In this document: piece by piece, positions 19,067-31,316 of the stretch
How the letters are laid out: every line of letters starts with the position of its first letter
Position numbering within the stretch: position 1 is the first letter of the stretch
Assembly: GCA_963675755.2 (NCBI GenBank)
Contig: CAXXMD010000003.1
Location: forward strand, 1,312,001-1,376,000
Direction of reading: 5' to 3'
Origin: a bacterium
Lineage (GTDB): Bacteria; Zhuqueibacterota; Zhuqueibacteria; Residuimicrobiales; Krinioviventaceae
Length of the DNA: 64,000 bases
Position numbers and translations under genes: made by a program
The notes under the pieces: model-generated
Told to the model about the DNA's origin: nothing
Databases searched by the model: none
What the model saw: the letters and a program-made list of their open reading frames with translations, nothing else

Positions 19067-22000
19067 TCAATCCATAAATAATTTATCAAGTTTTAACAAT
19101 TGTTTTTCCAGTTCAGGGCCTTTATAAGATATTTCAAAAGCCTGGCTGCCGCCGCCATCAAAATAATGGATCAATATAGAGTGTTTACCCGGTTCCAGGA
19201 TTACATTCCCTTGGCGCTCCTGCAAACCGTGCTCTCCACCATTATCCACAACAAGATTGCCATCAATATAGAGCAAGCTGCCATCATTAGAGTTGAGATA
19301 GAATGTGTACGTACCGCTCTTGTCAATTTGCAAATTTGTGTTGAATATAAATGCAAATTGCGCATTTCTTTCTTTGAGTTTATTTATATCCATTTCATAG
19401 GATTTACCGGATTTTATTGCAGCAAGTTTTTCAAAATCCGGAATATCATTCCAAAATCCTTCATAGTATTTATAAGAAACGCCATTCTTTTTACTGCTAA
19501 CAATATTTATGCTTTGTTCTGCAATGTCACTTTCTATTTTCCCTTTTTTAAAAGCCTGTGCTTTTATGGTAGTACTCTTTTCAACAATAAAGGGTTTGCT
19601 GTATTTAGCAGAAGAAAGCTGGGGATCGCTACCATCAAGTGTGTAATGAATTTCTGCTCCTTCTGTAGCGCAATTTAAACTTATAGTTGCAGGTGAATCA
19701 ACATATAAGGATTGCACGGATGAAAATTCCGGTTTTGCAACTTTATAATCACGCCAATAAACACGCTGTCGAGGACCTGAAATTTCAATAACTATAAAGT
19801 TTTTGAACAAACCATAATCTATAAAGTTATAATCGCTGCCAGCAGGCTCATGTTCTGGGGCCGCTTCAAAAGAACTTGGCCAGGCACTTCCCCGGGTGTT
19901 GCCGATATGGTGGGGTCCCAACTGATTTTTCAAAGTCCCGTATACAGATACGGACATCTGGTTTTTGCCAGGTTTTATATAATCCGTAACATCCAATTCA
20001 TAAGGTGGAGAGTAAACCAACCCGGCGGGAGTGTTGTTAATTTTCACTTCGGCAACGCTGCCAGCCCAGTCAGTCAGCTTGACCACATATCGTTTGTTTT
20101 TTGAATCCAAAGTATATGTGCTGGTATATTCCACACCATCTGAATAAAAGGGAATTCCCTGGTTTTTCCAGCTATCCATGGATAGTTTTTGAGAAGGTAT
20201 CAACTTCCAGCCTTTGTCCTGAGATTCCAGATTAAAATCACCCAACAGATAAATGGGTTCCAGTTCAGCATGTACAGACATGGGAGATACTGACAAACGG
20301 ATTTGATTCTCACCCGGCTTTATATAGCTGCCAATTTCATATACACCAATAGCTCTGTCCAGCCAATATTCACCTTCAATAGCCTTTACGGGGTTACCAT
20401 TTATGGTAACCGCCCACAACCCGGGGCGTTCAATAGCAGCTTTTATTGTATTTGTGGTAACATTTTTATCAACATCAAAGTGAAAAACCGCACTAAATCC
20501 GGTGTCTATAGAAAAAGTATCCCGATCCAGAATTGCGGATTTATATTGCACTGATGTACTCCAGGGATTACCTTGAAAGCCGTAATGACGGAAAACCTTG
20601 TCCGCGGCTTTAAAGAAATAAATATCCTTGTCTGTTTTTCCATCGAGCGTCAGATCACAAAAATCCAGGGTAAGGGTGTTGGGTGCAAGGCGTTTGATAT
20701 CCGGTTTTGTTACAGGGTCCAGAATTCGAATTTCTGCATTTTGCTGCGGGGCCGTAAAGGTCTCTCCGGAATTTCCGACATATAACAAGAGACTTCCTGC
20801 GGGTGGGATATCATAGCTTACATTCAGGTTGCTGCCATTTTGTGCCGCGGGATAAGGTGAAAAAGATCCCGTCTGCGGATCCAGTTCCTGAAGCGATTTT
20901 GCCTGAAGGGTAAAAGAACCGATTGACCAGGTTTGCAGATCTGTATTGACCAGATAGACGAGCTGACCGTCATCCAGCATACGTCTGTGATGAAATAATT
21001 TACCACCCGCTTTTTCAGGGGATTTGAACTGAATCGTCTCGGATTCCAGCTTATTAAGTATATCCGAAGAAAGGGACTTGGCAAAACCCCATTTTTTTGT
21101 AAAACCGATATCGCTGGCATCCTGCCCATCAACGAATTGAGGAGAACCGTTAAAGGAAATGACTTTTCCGCCATTCTCAGTGTATGTTTTTAACAAATCC
21201 ATAACGTCTTTGTTGTAATTTTCAAATGAAGGAGGAATGACGATCTGTTTATAAGCCCGTTCTCCTATAATAAATTCATCCCCTTTAACTTTTCCCCAAT
21301 TTTTAATGATATATTCTGAACCCAAATCATATTCAACCTGATATGCTTCCAGATCAGTTACAAATTTTTGGAAAACGGGCCCCAATTTATCATATTGCGG
21401 ATTGGGCTGCGTTGGTGAAAAATATAACCACGATGTTGTCGTCGGCTCAAGTACCAGGATGTCGTTTACCTGTTTGCCTGAAGAAAGCGCTACAGACAAT
21501 CTGCTGAAATAATCTCCCTGCGTTTTATAGAATTTCCACCAGGGTTCATGGTAAGAAAAAGATTGCGGATGGTCACGCTTTCGTGCCCCGGCTATAGTTA
21601 TATAAGACAAATGCTGATCGAGAAAATTGACACCCAGTACATATTCCCATTCACCAATACGTTTCATATCTTCAAATGTCAGGTCCCAGCCACCAGCGCC
21701 ATAAGTCTCACTCAGGGTACGGGTGCGGCCCAATTGATTGGCAACACTGGCAAGTTCTTTGACGATTCTTACATTGCCAAACTGACCATTTACACTTTCG
21801 CTGTACTGATTCATCAATAAATCAATTGCAGGTACCTGGTGCCAGGCGTACATGGCCATATTGTCGGATCCGTTTAAAGGCTTGGGCCAGTCATGGTCCC
21901 AATAGTGTCCGGTCCATTTTAAATCGTGGTTTTCACAATACTCGTACCAGAGCTTACTCCAGCGCTCGGTAAACAGCTCTAACAACAGAGAATAGTAATT

Positions 22001-22870
22001 ATGACGGACTACTTTCCAATCTCCCACCTCCTGGTACAGAGAAGGCAGATTGGATTTTAGATCGTATCCCCAATGTTTTTCAAAATCATCAAACAATGTT
22101 GGTGTATATTTAATACCACCCGGAGGACTGATATTGGGTTCGTCCGTAAAGATACCCGGTACCCGTTTGCCGAACTCCTTGCCAATTGCTTTTTCATAAC
22201 CGGTCATGGTCACATCGATGAATTTTTCAGTCACTCCCGGATACAAGAGATCCACATACGAGTAGCCGCCGTTCCAGGGAGATTTCCCATAATAGGTTTT
22301 TTTAAACAGATAATAATCACCGTTTTGGTTCAGCTCGTTTTTAGCTGTGCTTGTAATATCTGTAAAAACACCGCCCTCTTTTTTCAGTATGATGGCATAG
22401 TTACCCATGTCACCGGAAAGTTGAGAGGCCTGTTCCATAACCAGTCCCTGGCCCTGGTTGTATGACTCGGGCATTTGCGCGGGAACGTTACCACCAGCAA
22501 AACCACTGGGATACGAGTTTTCATCGTAAAGCCATACATCCATATCCCTCTCTTTTGCTTTGTCTACTGTATACTTGCACAGTTGATACCAGCGGTCAGA
22601 CAGATACGGGGTTTTTAAACCGGGACGGGGGTGAATAAACACACTGTGAATACCGCCCTGCTGCATTTCCTGCAGTTGCAGATCGATCTCTTTTTCATCC
22701 ACATCATTGTTCCAGACCCAGAGCGGCGCGCTCGAGTATTCAACGGGCGGTTTTTGAAACAAGGATTCGATTTGTGAAAAAGAAGTAACGGTTTGAGACG
22801 CGGATACAGATCCGGCGAGGAAAAATAGAAAAAGCAGGAAAACAAGGTAGAGCAGAACGGGTTTTTTCAT
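19067..22870 (-). CDS. Secreted GH106-like glycoside hydrolase with C-terminal Fn3-like (CHB_HEX_C) and PA14 domains
   Basis: APLWVWN, FIHPRPGL..PYLSD.W, WLYDENSYPSGFAGG, IFTDEP; IHYTLDGSDP; SNDGSLLYIDG..VVDNGGEH. Confidence 0.75.
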   Translation of the reverse strand: MKKPVLLYLVFLLFLFFLAGSVSASQTVTSFSQIESLFQKPPVEYSSAPLWVWNNDVDEKEIDLQLQEMQQGGIHSVFIHPRPGLKTPYLSDRWYQLCKYTVDKAKERDMDVWLYDENSYPSGFAGGNVPAQMPESYNQGQGLVMEQASQLSGDMGNYAIILKKEGGVFTDITSTAKNELNQNGDYYLFKKTYYGKSPWNGGYSYVDLLYPGVTEKFIDVTMTGYEKAIGKEFGKRVPGIFTDEPNISPPGGIKYTPTLFDDFEKHWGYDLKSNLPSLYQEVGDWKVVRHNYYSLLLELFTERWSKLWYEYCENHDLKWTGHYWDHDWPKPLNGSDNMAMYAWHQVPAIDLLMNQYSESVNGQFGNVRIVKELASVANQLGRTRTLSETYGAGGWDLTFEDMKRIGEWEYVLGVNFLDQHLSYITIAGARKRDHPQSFSYHEPWWKFYKTQGDYFSRLSVALSSGKQVNDILVLEPTTTSWLYFSPTQPNPQYDKLGPVFQKFVTDLEAYQVEYDLGSEYIIKNWGKVKGDEFIIGERAYKQIVIPPSFENYNKDVMDLLKTYTENGGKVISFNGSPQFVDGQDASDIGFTKKWGFAKSLSSDILNKLESETIQFKSPEKAGGKLFHHRRMLDDGQLVYLVNTDLQTWSIGSFTLQAKSLQELDPQTGSFSPYPAAQNGSNLNVSYDIPPAGSLLLYVGNSGETFTAPQQNAEIRILDPVTKPDIKRLAPNTLTLDFCDLTLDGKTDKDIYFFKAADKVFRHYGFQGNPWSTSVQYKSAILDRDTFSIDTGFSAVFHFDVDKNVTTNTIKAAIERPGLWAVTINGNPVKAIEGEYWLDRAIGVYEIGSYIKPGENQIRLSVSPMSVHAELEPIYLLGDFNLESQDKGWKLIPSQKLSMDSWKNQGIPFYSDGVEYTSTYTLDSKNKRYVVKLTDWAGSVAEVKINNTPAGLVYSPPYELDVTDYIKPGKNQMSVSVYGTLKNQLGPHHIGNTRGSAWPSSFEAAPEHEPAGSDYNFIDYGLFKNFIVIEISGPRQRVYWRDYKVAKPEFSSVQSLYVDSPATISLNCATEGAEIHYTLDGSDPQLSSAKYSKPFIVEKSTTIKAQAFKKGKIESDIAEQSINIVSSKKNGVSYKYYEGFWNDIPDFEKLAAIKSGKSYEMDINKLKERNAQFAFIFNTNLQIDKSGTYTFYLNSNDGSLLYIDGNLVVDNGGEHGLQERQGNVILEPGKHSILIHYFDGGGSQAFEISYKGPELEKQLLKLDKLFMD

Positions 22871-23023
22871 GGATTTCTCCGGTTAGGATTGAGTGAGCAC
22901 AAGAATGGTTCGTTAAATTTTTAACTATTCAATTAATATATTCTGGCGGAAATATGCAAGGGAAAATAATGTGGAAAGTTTTAATAAGGTTGAATTTTTT
23001 AATTTGCAGATTTAAAATATTAT

Positions 23024-23053
23024 CTCTGGCCGAAATCTAATTTTCGGCCAGAG
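23024..23053 (-). terminator. Hairpin downstream of the substrate-binding protein gene
   Basis: CTCTGGCCGAAA-N6-TTTCGGCCAGAG. Confidence 0.65.
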
Positions 23054-23069
23054 TATATGTATAATATGT

Positions 23070-24308
23070 TTATTCACCCTGAAAGGTAAATGCCTTTGTC
23101 CATTGATACGCATCGTTACTACCGGTCACCTGCCAGAAATCAAAAGGACTGCTGGCGCGATCGCCGTTATCGTTCAAAATAATGTCACCACTGACGGCAT
23201 CATAATTTTCTAAAACGCTTAAAAACACTGATTTTATATCATTAATATCATCGCTGTAATTATCGTCAATTCGGGTCAATGCTGCAGTCCAAAAAGCATC
23301 ATAGAGAACAACGGCCCAGGAATAGGGAGTGTACCCGATTTGTTCTTCAATCCGGTTGCTGACAGTTTGTCCGGCAGTGGTATAATTTTCAGCCATGATG
23401 GGAGAAAAGAATCCGACTTTAGCGGCAAACGATGCAGCAGTCGAGTCAACCAACAACGCCTGATTTTGTACCATACCATCGCTGCTGTACCAGCTCATTT
23501 TATCCAGGCTGGATTTGTCAGCAGACAGTTTTAACAGATCTATTCCCTCTTCAAAGCAAAGGCAGGTCATGGCAACATTGTCTGAATCTCCGGATGAAAT
23601 TGCATTTTCCACCAACGTGTTTGATCTGTTCAATGCGTCTTCAAGCTCTGTTGTAGAATAACGGGGATCATAGCCGATCTTTTCAAGTATTGAGCCCCCG
23701 AGTGCGATAAATGCGGATTCAAAGGCTTCCGCCAAACCGCTGCCCCAAATATCACCGCGATAGAGCACAATAGATTTATTCACAGACTGCTGAACCATAG
23801 ATTGGGCCATTGCATTTGCAAGATAATTATCATCCGGAACAAGCCGAAAGATATTATCTTTCTGCGAAAGTTCAGCAGAGGTACTTGTTTGATTAATTAA
23901 TAATATGTTGTTGTTATTGACATAGCTTTCTACTGATTGCAGATTTGCGCTGGTACCAGAGAAAACAACAATCTTTATATTGTTTTCATTAAAAAATTCC
24001 AGGGCATCTTGAATGTCCAGAGCGGAAAATTTGCTGTCCCGGATCTCTGCATGAATATATTTACCTATTCCTTGTTCGGTAAGATATTGGTTTACATCCT
24101 GCAATGCCAGATCAATGGCCGCAATTTCCGGATCTTTTAAGAGGGGGCCACTGCCGGTCATGGGGATGATCACACCCACACTCAATGTGTCTGTTTTTGT
24201 ACTCGTGTCAGGTGACACCGGATCAGAATCTTTACTGCAAGCTGTCATTAAAGACAGAAAGGGTAGCGTTATGATGATACATAAAATGAGTATATATTTT
24301 TTTTTCAT
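23070..24308 (-). CDS. Type I periplasmic-binding (LivJ/LpoA-like) lipoprotein
   Basis: Start MKKKY after GAGGG; lipobox LMTAC; VGVIIPMTG, FRLVPDD, YDAFW, SGDIILNDNGDR. Confidence 0.8.
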   Translation of the reverse strand: MKKKYILILCIIITLPFLSLMTACSKDSDPVSPDTSTKTDTLSVGVIIPMTGSGPLLKDPEIAAIDLALQDVNQYLTEQGIGKYIHAEIRDSKFSALDIQDALEFFNENNIKIVVFSGTSANLQSVESYVNNNNILLINQTSTSAELSQKDNIFRLVPDDNYLANAMAQSMVQQSVNKSIVLYRGDIWGSGLAEAFESAFIALGGSILEKIGYDPRYSTTELEDALNRSNTLVENAISSGDSDNVAMTCLCFEEGIDLLKLSADKSSLDKMSWYSSDGMVQNQALLVDSTAASFAAKVGFFSPIMAENYTTAGQTVSNRIEEQIGYTPYSWAVVLYDAFWTAALTRIDDNYSDDINDIKSVFLSVLENYDAVSGDIILNDNGDRASSPFDFWQVTGSNDAYQWTKAFTFQGE

Positions 24309-24328
24309 GGATTTCCCTCGACAAGTCA

Positions 24329-24838
24329 TTATAATGAACCTTTTTCAATGGATAAGCTAACAGTCCATACACGATTTTGGGGTTGAAAATAAAGTCTTCC
24401 ACTACCGGTACCCGGTGCGGTGATAGTTGATATATTATTATTACTATATCTTGAATCAAAGTACCATAGTGCAATTGCGGCAGTACCTTTATTAATCATT
24501 TTACATTCACCGCGATAAGAATAACTCGATCCTTTGTAATATGCCTTTCCGCTATAAACATTGTTGGTTTTATTAAGGAAATAGTAATAACGTTCATTGT
24601 CCCTCATAACCAGGCTGTAATCATCCCAGTTGACCTCATCCATGGTTTTGGCTAGTTTGCTTTCGGATTCTGTATCCGTTTCACGAAGCGAAGGGGTTAT
24701 CTCTATTTCATTGGCATTACCACTCAGCTCGGGTGAAACGGGTGTTGCCGTTTCCATATTGCTGTTGTCTGAGCAGGAAATTGAAAACAGGACTATTATT
24801 ACGGTAATAATGGATAAGAAAAAAGCATATTTTTTCAT
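24329..24838 (-). CDS. Hypothetical lipoprotein
   Basis: MKKYAFF...FSISC lipobox; GAGGG upstream. Confidence 0.65.
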   Translation of the reverse strand: MKKYAFFLSIITVIIVLFSISCSDNSNMETATPVSPELSGNANEIEITPSLRETDTESESKLAKTMDEVNWDDYSLVMRDNERYYYFLNKTNNVYSGKAYYKGSSYSYRGECKMINKGTAAIALWYFDSRYSNNNISTITAPGTGSGRLYFQPQNRVWTVSLSIEKGSL

Positions 24839-25096
24839 TTCGAGTTCCCTCATTATTTTGAATGTTTTAATGAATTTAGAGTTGTAGATTCTATGTCACA
24901 GTTTAGCCATAACATAGCAAGGACAAAATAGTGTATCGTATTGTTTTTATATATGATACGTTATTTTACGTGTTGTTAGTTGTAAAAATGTTTCAACAAT
25001 TATGCCATGCAAGGGTTGGGGAAATATTAGTAATGTGCTTAGGAAATATGGAGGATTATTGGTCAAAGGTTATCTAGTTTGTATACCTGGCACTTG

Positions 25097-25127
25097 AAAA
25101 AAAGCCCCCGACCTATGGATCGGGGGC
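25097..25127 (-). terminator. Rho-independent terminator of the GH2 gene
   Basis: GCCCCCGA-N8-TCGGGGGC preceded by an A run (U tract on the minus strand). Confidence 0.8.
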
Positions 25128-25152
25128 AAATGAAATGAATTTCGTTCTATTA

Positions 25153-28434
<3,282 letters not shown>

Positions 28435-28533
28435 TTAAGAAAATGATAATTGCTGTAAAAAACAATGGAATAATGAAAAAATCAGCAGGTTGCTGCCCAC
28501 GAATAACACCGACCAGCATGAATGAAGGATTTT

Positions 28534-28566
28534 TGATCATGACAGAGATAATCTCTGTCACGAACA
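28534..28566. repeat. Palindromic repeat family copy 1
   Basis: TGATCATGACAGAGAT-A-ATCTCTGTCACGAACA. Confidence 0.85.
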
Positions 28567-28826
28567 GGTGGAGCTAAAATCTTGCGACACTGCGTTTTTC
28601 ATTTAAATACAGGGCAAATCTAATCTTTATATTTAGGTTGCAATATTCTGTAATAATTAGTATTAATATATAATACGGTGGGATTCTCTGGGCGGGAAGT
28701 ATATCAATTGATTTATTTTGTAGTACAATGCAATTTGGGAAATAGAGTAACAAGTTATTTTTAATTTGTTGTCCTTTTTAAAATTCGTAAAGTATTATAT
28801 TGTAATTAAAACAGGGGTTTCATTTA

Positions 28827-30512
28827 ATGATTAAAACACAAACTTATACTTTTGAAGAACTTTTTAATGGAAATTATTTTCATGTCCCAAAATTTCAACG
28901 AGCATTTGCATGGAGAAAGGAACATGTAAACGATTTTTGGGATGATATTACAGAGGCAATAGAGTTTAACAGAAAGCATTTTTTGGGTTCACTTGTTTTA
29001 CAGGCTGGTGAAAACAATTATCATTACAATATTTTTGATGGTCAACAAAGGTTGACAGTTGTTGTCTCTTTAATAAGTATTATTAGAAATGTGTTAATCA
29101 GTTTTGAAACAAAAGATATTCAATTAAACAATGATATTCAAAGTTTAATCAATGATACCCAAAAATATTTATGGAATAACCAAAACAGACTATTTTTATT
29201 ACCACATGAACAATATCAAAAAATTTTCAAAGAATACCTTCGAAAGCCTTATTCGACTCTTCAAGATAAACGTTTTAGGGCCAATGATTTTTTGCGTAAT
29301 AATGTTTTTAAAAATTTATCACAAAAGATGTCAAAAGAATTGGAAAGTTTTACGACTCTATCAGATAAATATATATTTTTGAATAGATTATTTCATTTTG
29401 TTAGTGATAGTATTTATTTTGTTGTTATTTATGCTAATAATAATTATTCTGAAACAATACTATTTGAAACATTGAATTATAGGGGAGCATCACTCAAAGT
29501 TGAAGATTTATTGAAAAGTATCGTTTTTGCTAAAGCTGATGATCAGGAATCTCTAACAAATGTGGAAGCAATATGGAAAGAGAATCTTGAATTGATAGAA
29601 AAAAACAGGTTGTCATATACCGAATTTTTAAAATATTATTGGTCTTTTCGTAATTCAAGAGTTGTAGAAGGCAATCTATATAAAACCCTTAAACGAGATA
29701 TTGAAACAGATAATGTTAATATCTCTGAATATATGAAAGAAATGAACCATTATTTAAAACTTTATGTTCGAATTGCTTTCCCAAAGAAGTTTAGTACCTG
29801 GAAAAATAATGAAAAAATTCAAAATTCATTAGAAGCGTTATCTTTGTTTAAAGCCAAGCAGTGTTATCCAGTTCTTTTATCACTTTTTTCATTTACAGAA
29901 GAAAAGACAGATCCTGAGATTCGTAAATTGCAACAAAAATTAGTAAGTTTTTTAGAAAAGTTTTTTTTCAGAATGCTTATTTGTAATCAAAAGATCCCTA
30001 ACGATGTTATTTTATTATTGATAAAGTCTTCAAAAGAAATTAGACTAAACCCTAAAATTAAAATAGATTTATTAATACAAGAATTGCGAACTTCAATGCC
30101 TGATGACAAAATATTTGAGCAAAGTTTTTCCACCTATGTCTCTCCAAATAAAAATACGAGTTTCTATATTCTATATAAAATTGAACTGTTTTTATCTGGT
30201 AGAGCAGCACCTGTTACCGACAATCCAAAACAGGTTAACGTTGAACATATAATGCCTCAAACATTACCTAAACGGGGCTTTACTCAAGTCATAAAATATC
30301 ATAAAGCTTATTTAAATCGGTTGGGAAATCTTACGTTGCTAAGTAAAAGTTTGAATGTTACTAATGGAGCATTTCTTCAGAAAAAAAATAAATATTACTC
30401 AAAGTCCAGTGTAAAAATGACACAACAGCTCAATTCTTATGACAAGTGGCGGAAAAAAGAAATGAACGATCGGCAAAAGGAACTAGCAAAAAAAGCGCTG
30501 GAGGTTTGGTAA
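28827..30512 (+). CDS. DUF262 + DUF1524 (HNH) GmrSD-family nuclease
   Basis: VPKFQRAFAW, DGQQRLT, FETLNYRG, VEHIMPQ...LGNLTLL...N; very AT-rich. Confidence 0.85.
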   Translation: MIKTQTYTFEELFNGNYFHVPKFQRAFAWRKEHVNDFWDDITEAIEFNRKHFLGSLVLQAGENNYHYNIFDGQQRLTVVVSLISIIRNVLISFETKDIQLNNDIQSLINDTQKYLWNNQNRLFLLPHEQYQKIFKEYLRKPYSTLQDKRFRANDFLRNNVFKNLSQKMSKELESFTTLSDKYIFLNRLFHFVSDSIYFVVIYANNNYSETILFETLNYRGASLKVEDLLKSIVFAKADDQESLTNVEAIWKENLELIEKNRLSYTEFLKYYWSFRNSRVVEGNLYKTLKRDIETDNVNISEYMKEMNHYLKLYVRIAFPKKFSTWKNNEKIQNSLEALSLFKAKQCYPVLLSLFSFTEEKTDPEIRKLQQKLVSFLEKFFFRMLICNQKIPNDVILLLIKSSKEIRLNPKIKIDLLIQELRTSMPDDKIFEQSFSTYVSPNKNTSFYILYKIELFLSGRAAPVTDNPKQVNVEHIMPQTLPKRGFTQVIKYHKAYLNRLGNLTLLSKSLNVTNGAFLQKKNKYYSKSSVKMTQQLNSYDKWRKKEMNDRQKELAKKALEVW

Positions 30513-30547
30513 AAAATTGTTTAATATCGATTTATGTGGGATTGATT

Positions 30548-31081
30548 ATGTCAAAAAAATTTTACGTATTAGCATCATTACATGATGAATCAAATTTTGG
30601 TTGGGTTTGGCTTCCTGAATCATCAAGTAAAGAATACAATTCAAGAGATCTTGTAAAAATTGAAGCAGAAAAGACAGGTAAAAAAATATATACAATTTGT
30701 CGAATTATTGATGATAATTTTATAAGAATTTATCATAATAGACTTAAAAAAGATTGTGGCAACGATAGAGACAATAATAAGAGTGATAAAGATTATAACT
30801 GTGATGAAAATGAATGTAATAAAATAACAGGAAATGGTTACAATATTGTAATTTCTGATTATTATCGCGCTAAACTGGGTATTGATAAAGGCGAAAATAG
30901 TTTGATTTTTACTAAAGTTAGTAATAGTAATATTTTCGCAAAAGTAAAATATCTACTAGAGCACCCTGATAATGCAATTCAGATAGCTGCATTTCTTGCA
31001 ATCGCATCAATATTAATTAGTTCAATAGGCATACTTTTAAGTTTAATATTTTCGAAAATTAATATTATTGTTAATTTTTAG
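30548..31081 (+). CDS. Hypothetical protein with a C-terminal TM helix; possible double-psi beta-barrel-like N-domain
   Basis: Likely start MSKKFYVL at 30548. RDLVKIEAEKTGK and IVISDYYRAKLGIDKG resemble CDC48-N/DPBB patterns. Hydrophobic C-terminal tail. Confidence 0.6.
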   Translation: MSKKFYVLASLHDESNFGWVWLPESSSKEYNSRDLVKIEAEKTGKKIYTICRIIDDNFIRIYHNRLKKDCGNDRDNNKSDKDYNCDENECNKITGNGYNIVISDYYRAKLGIDKGENSLIFTKVSNSNIFAKVKYLLEHPDNAIQIAAFLAIASILISSIGILLSLIFSKINIIVNF

Positions 31082-31117
31082 TATGCGTTTCCTCGATTCT
31101 CAATTTTATTAAATAAC

Positions 31118-31147
31118 TCGTGACAGAGATAATCTCTGTCACGATCA
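31118..31147. repeat. Palindromic repeat family copy 2
   Basis: TCGTGACAGAGAT-A-ATCTCTGTCACGA is a perfect palindrome. Confidence 0.85.
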
Positions 31148-31262
31148 GGGGGGTAAAAGCTCTGCGTTGAATTGGATACCCATCCGGTGCTTTAAAACGG
31201 CCAGTCCGACATTCGTCGAACTGGCCTGCTCTGCAACCGGCAATATACTTTTTTAAATATGG

Positions 31263-31312
31263 CGGTCCTTCGATACACTCATGCGCCAGGGCGCATTCGT
31301 ACTCAGGAACCG
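31263..31312. repeat. REP-like structured repeat CCTTCGATAC...ACTCAGGAACCG
   Basis: Matches 3598-3644 and has an internal hairpin ATGCGCC/GGCGCAT. A further hairpin GGCCAGT..ACTGGCC lies at ~31199-31227. Confidence 0.6.
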
Positions 31313-31316
31313 ACAG

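Noticed and set aside
24992-25006. Possible sigma54 promoter TGGCATAATTGTTGA on the minus strand
   Set aside because: The -12 element reads GA rather than the conserved GC.
30446-30547. GTG-started extension overlapping the DUF262 gene
   Set aside because: It overlaps the upstream CDS by 67 nt. The ATG at 30548 is more plausible.
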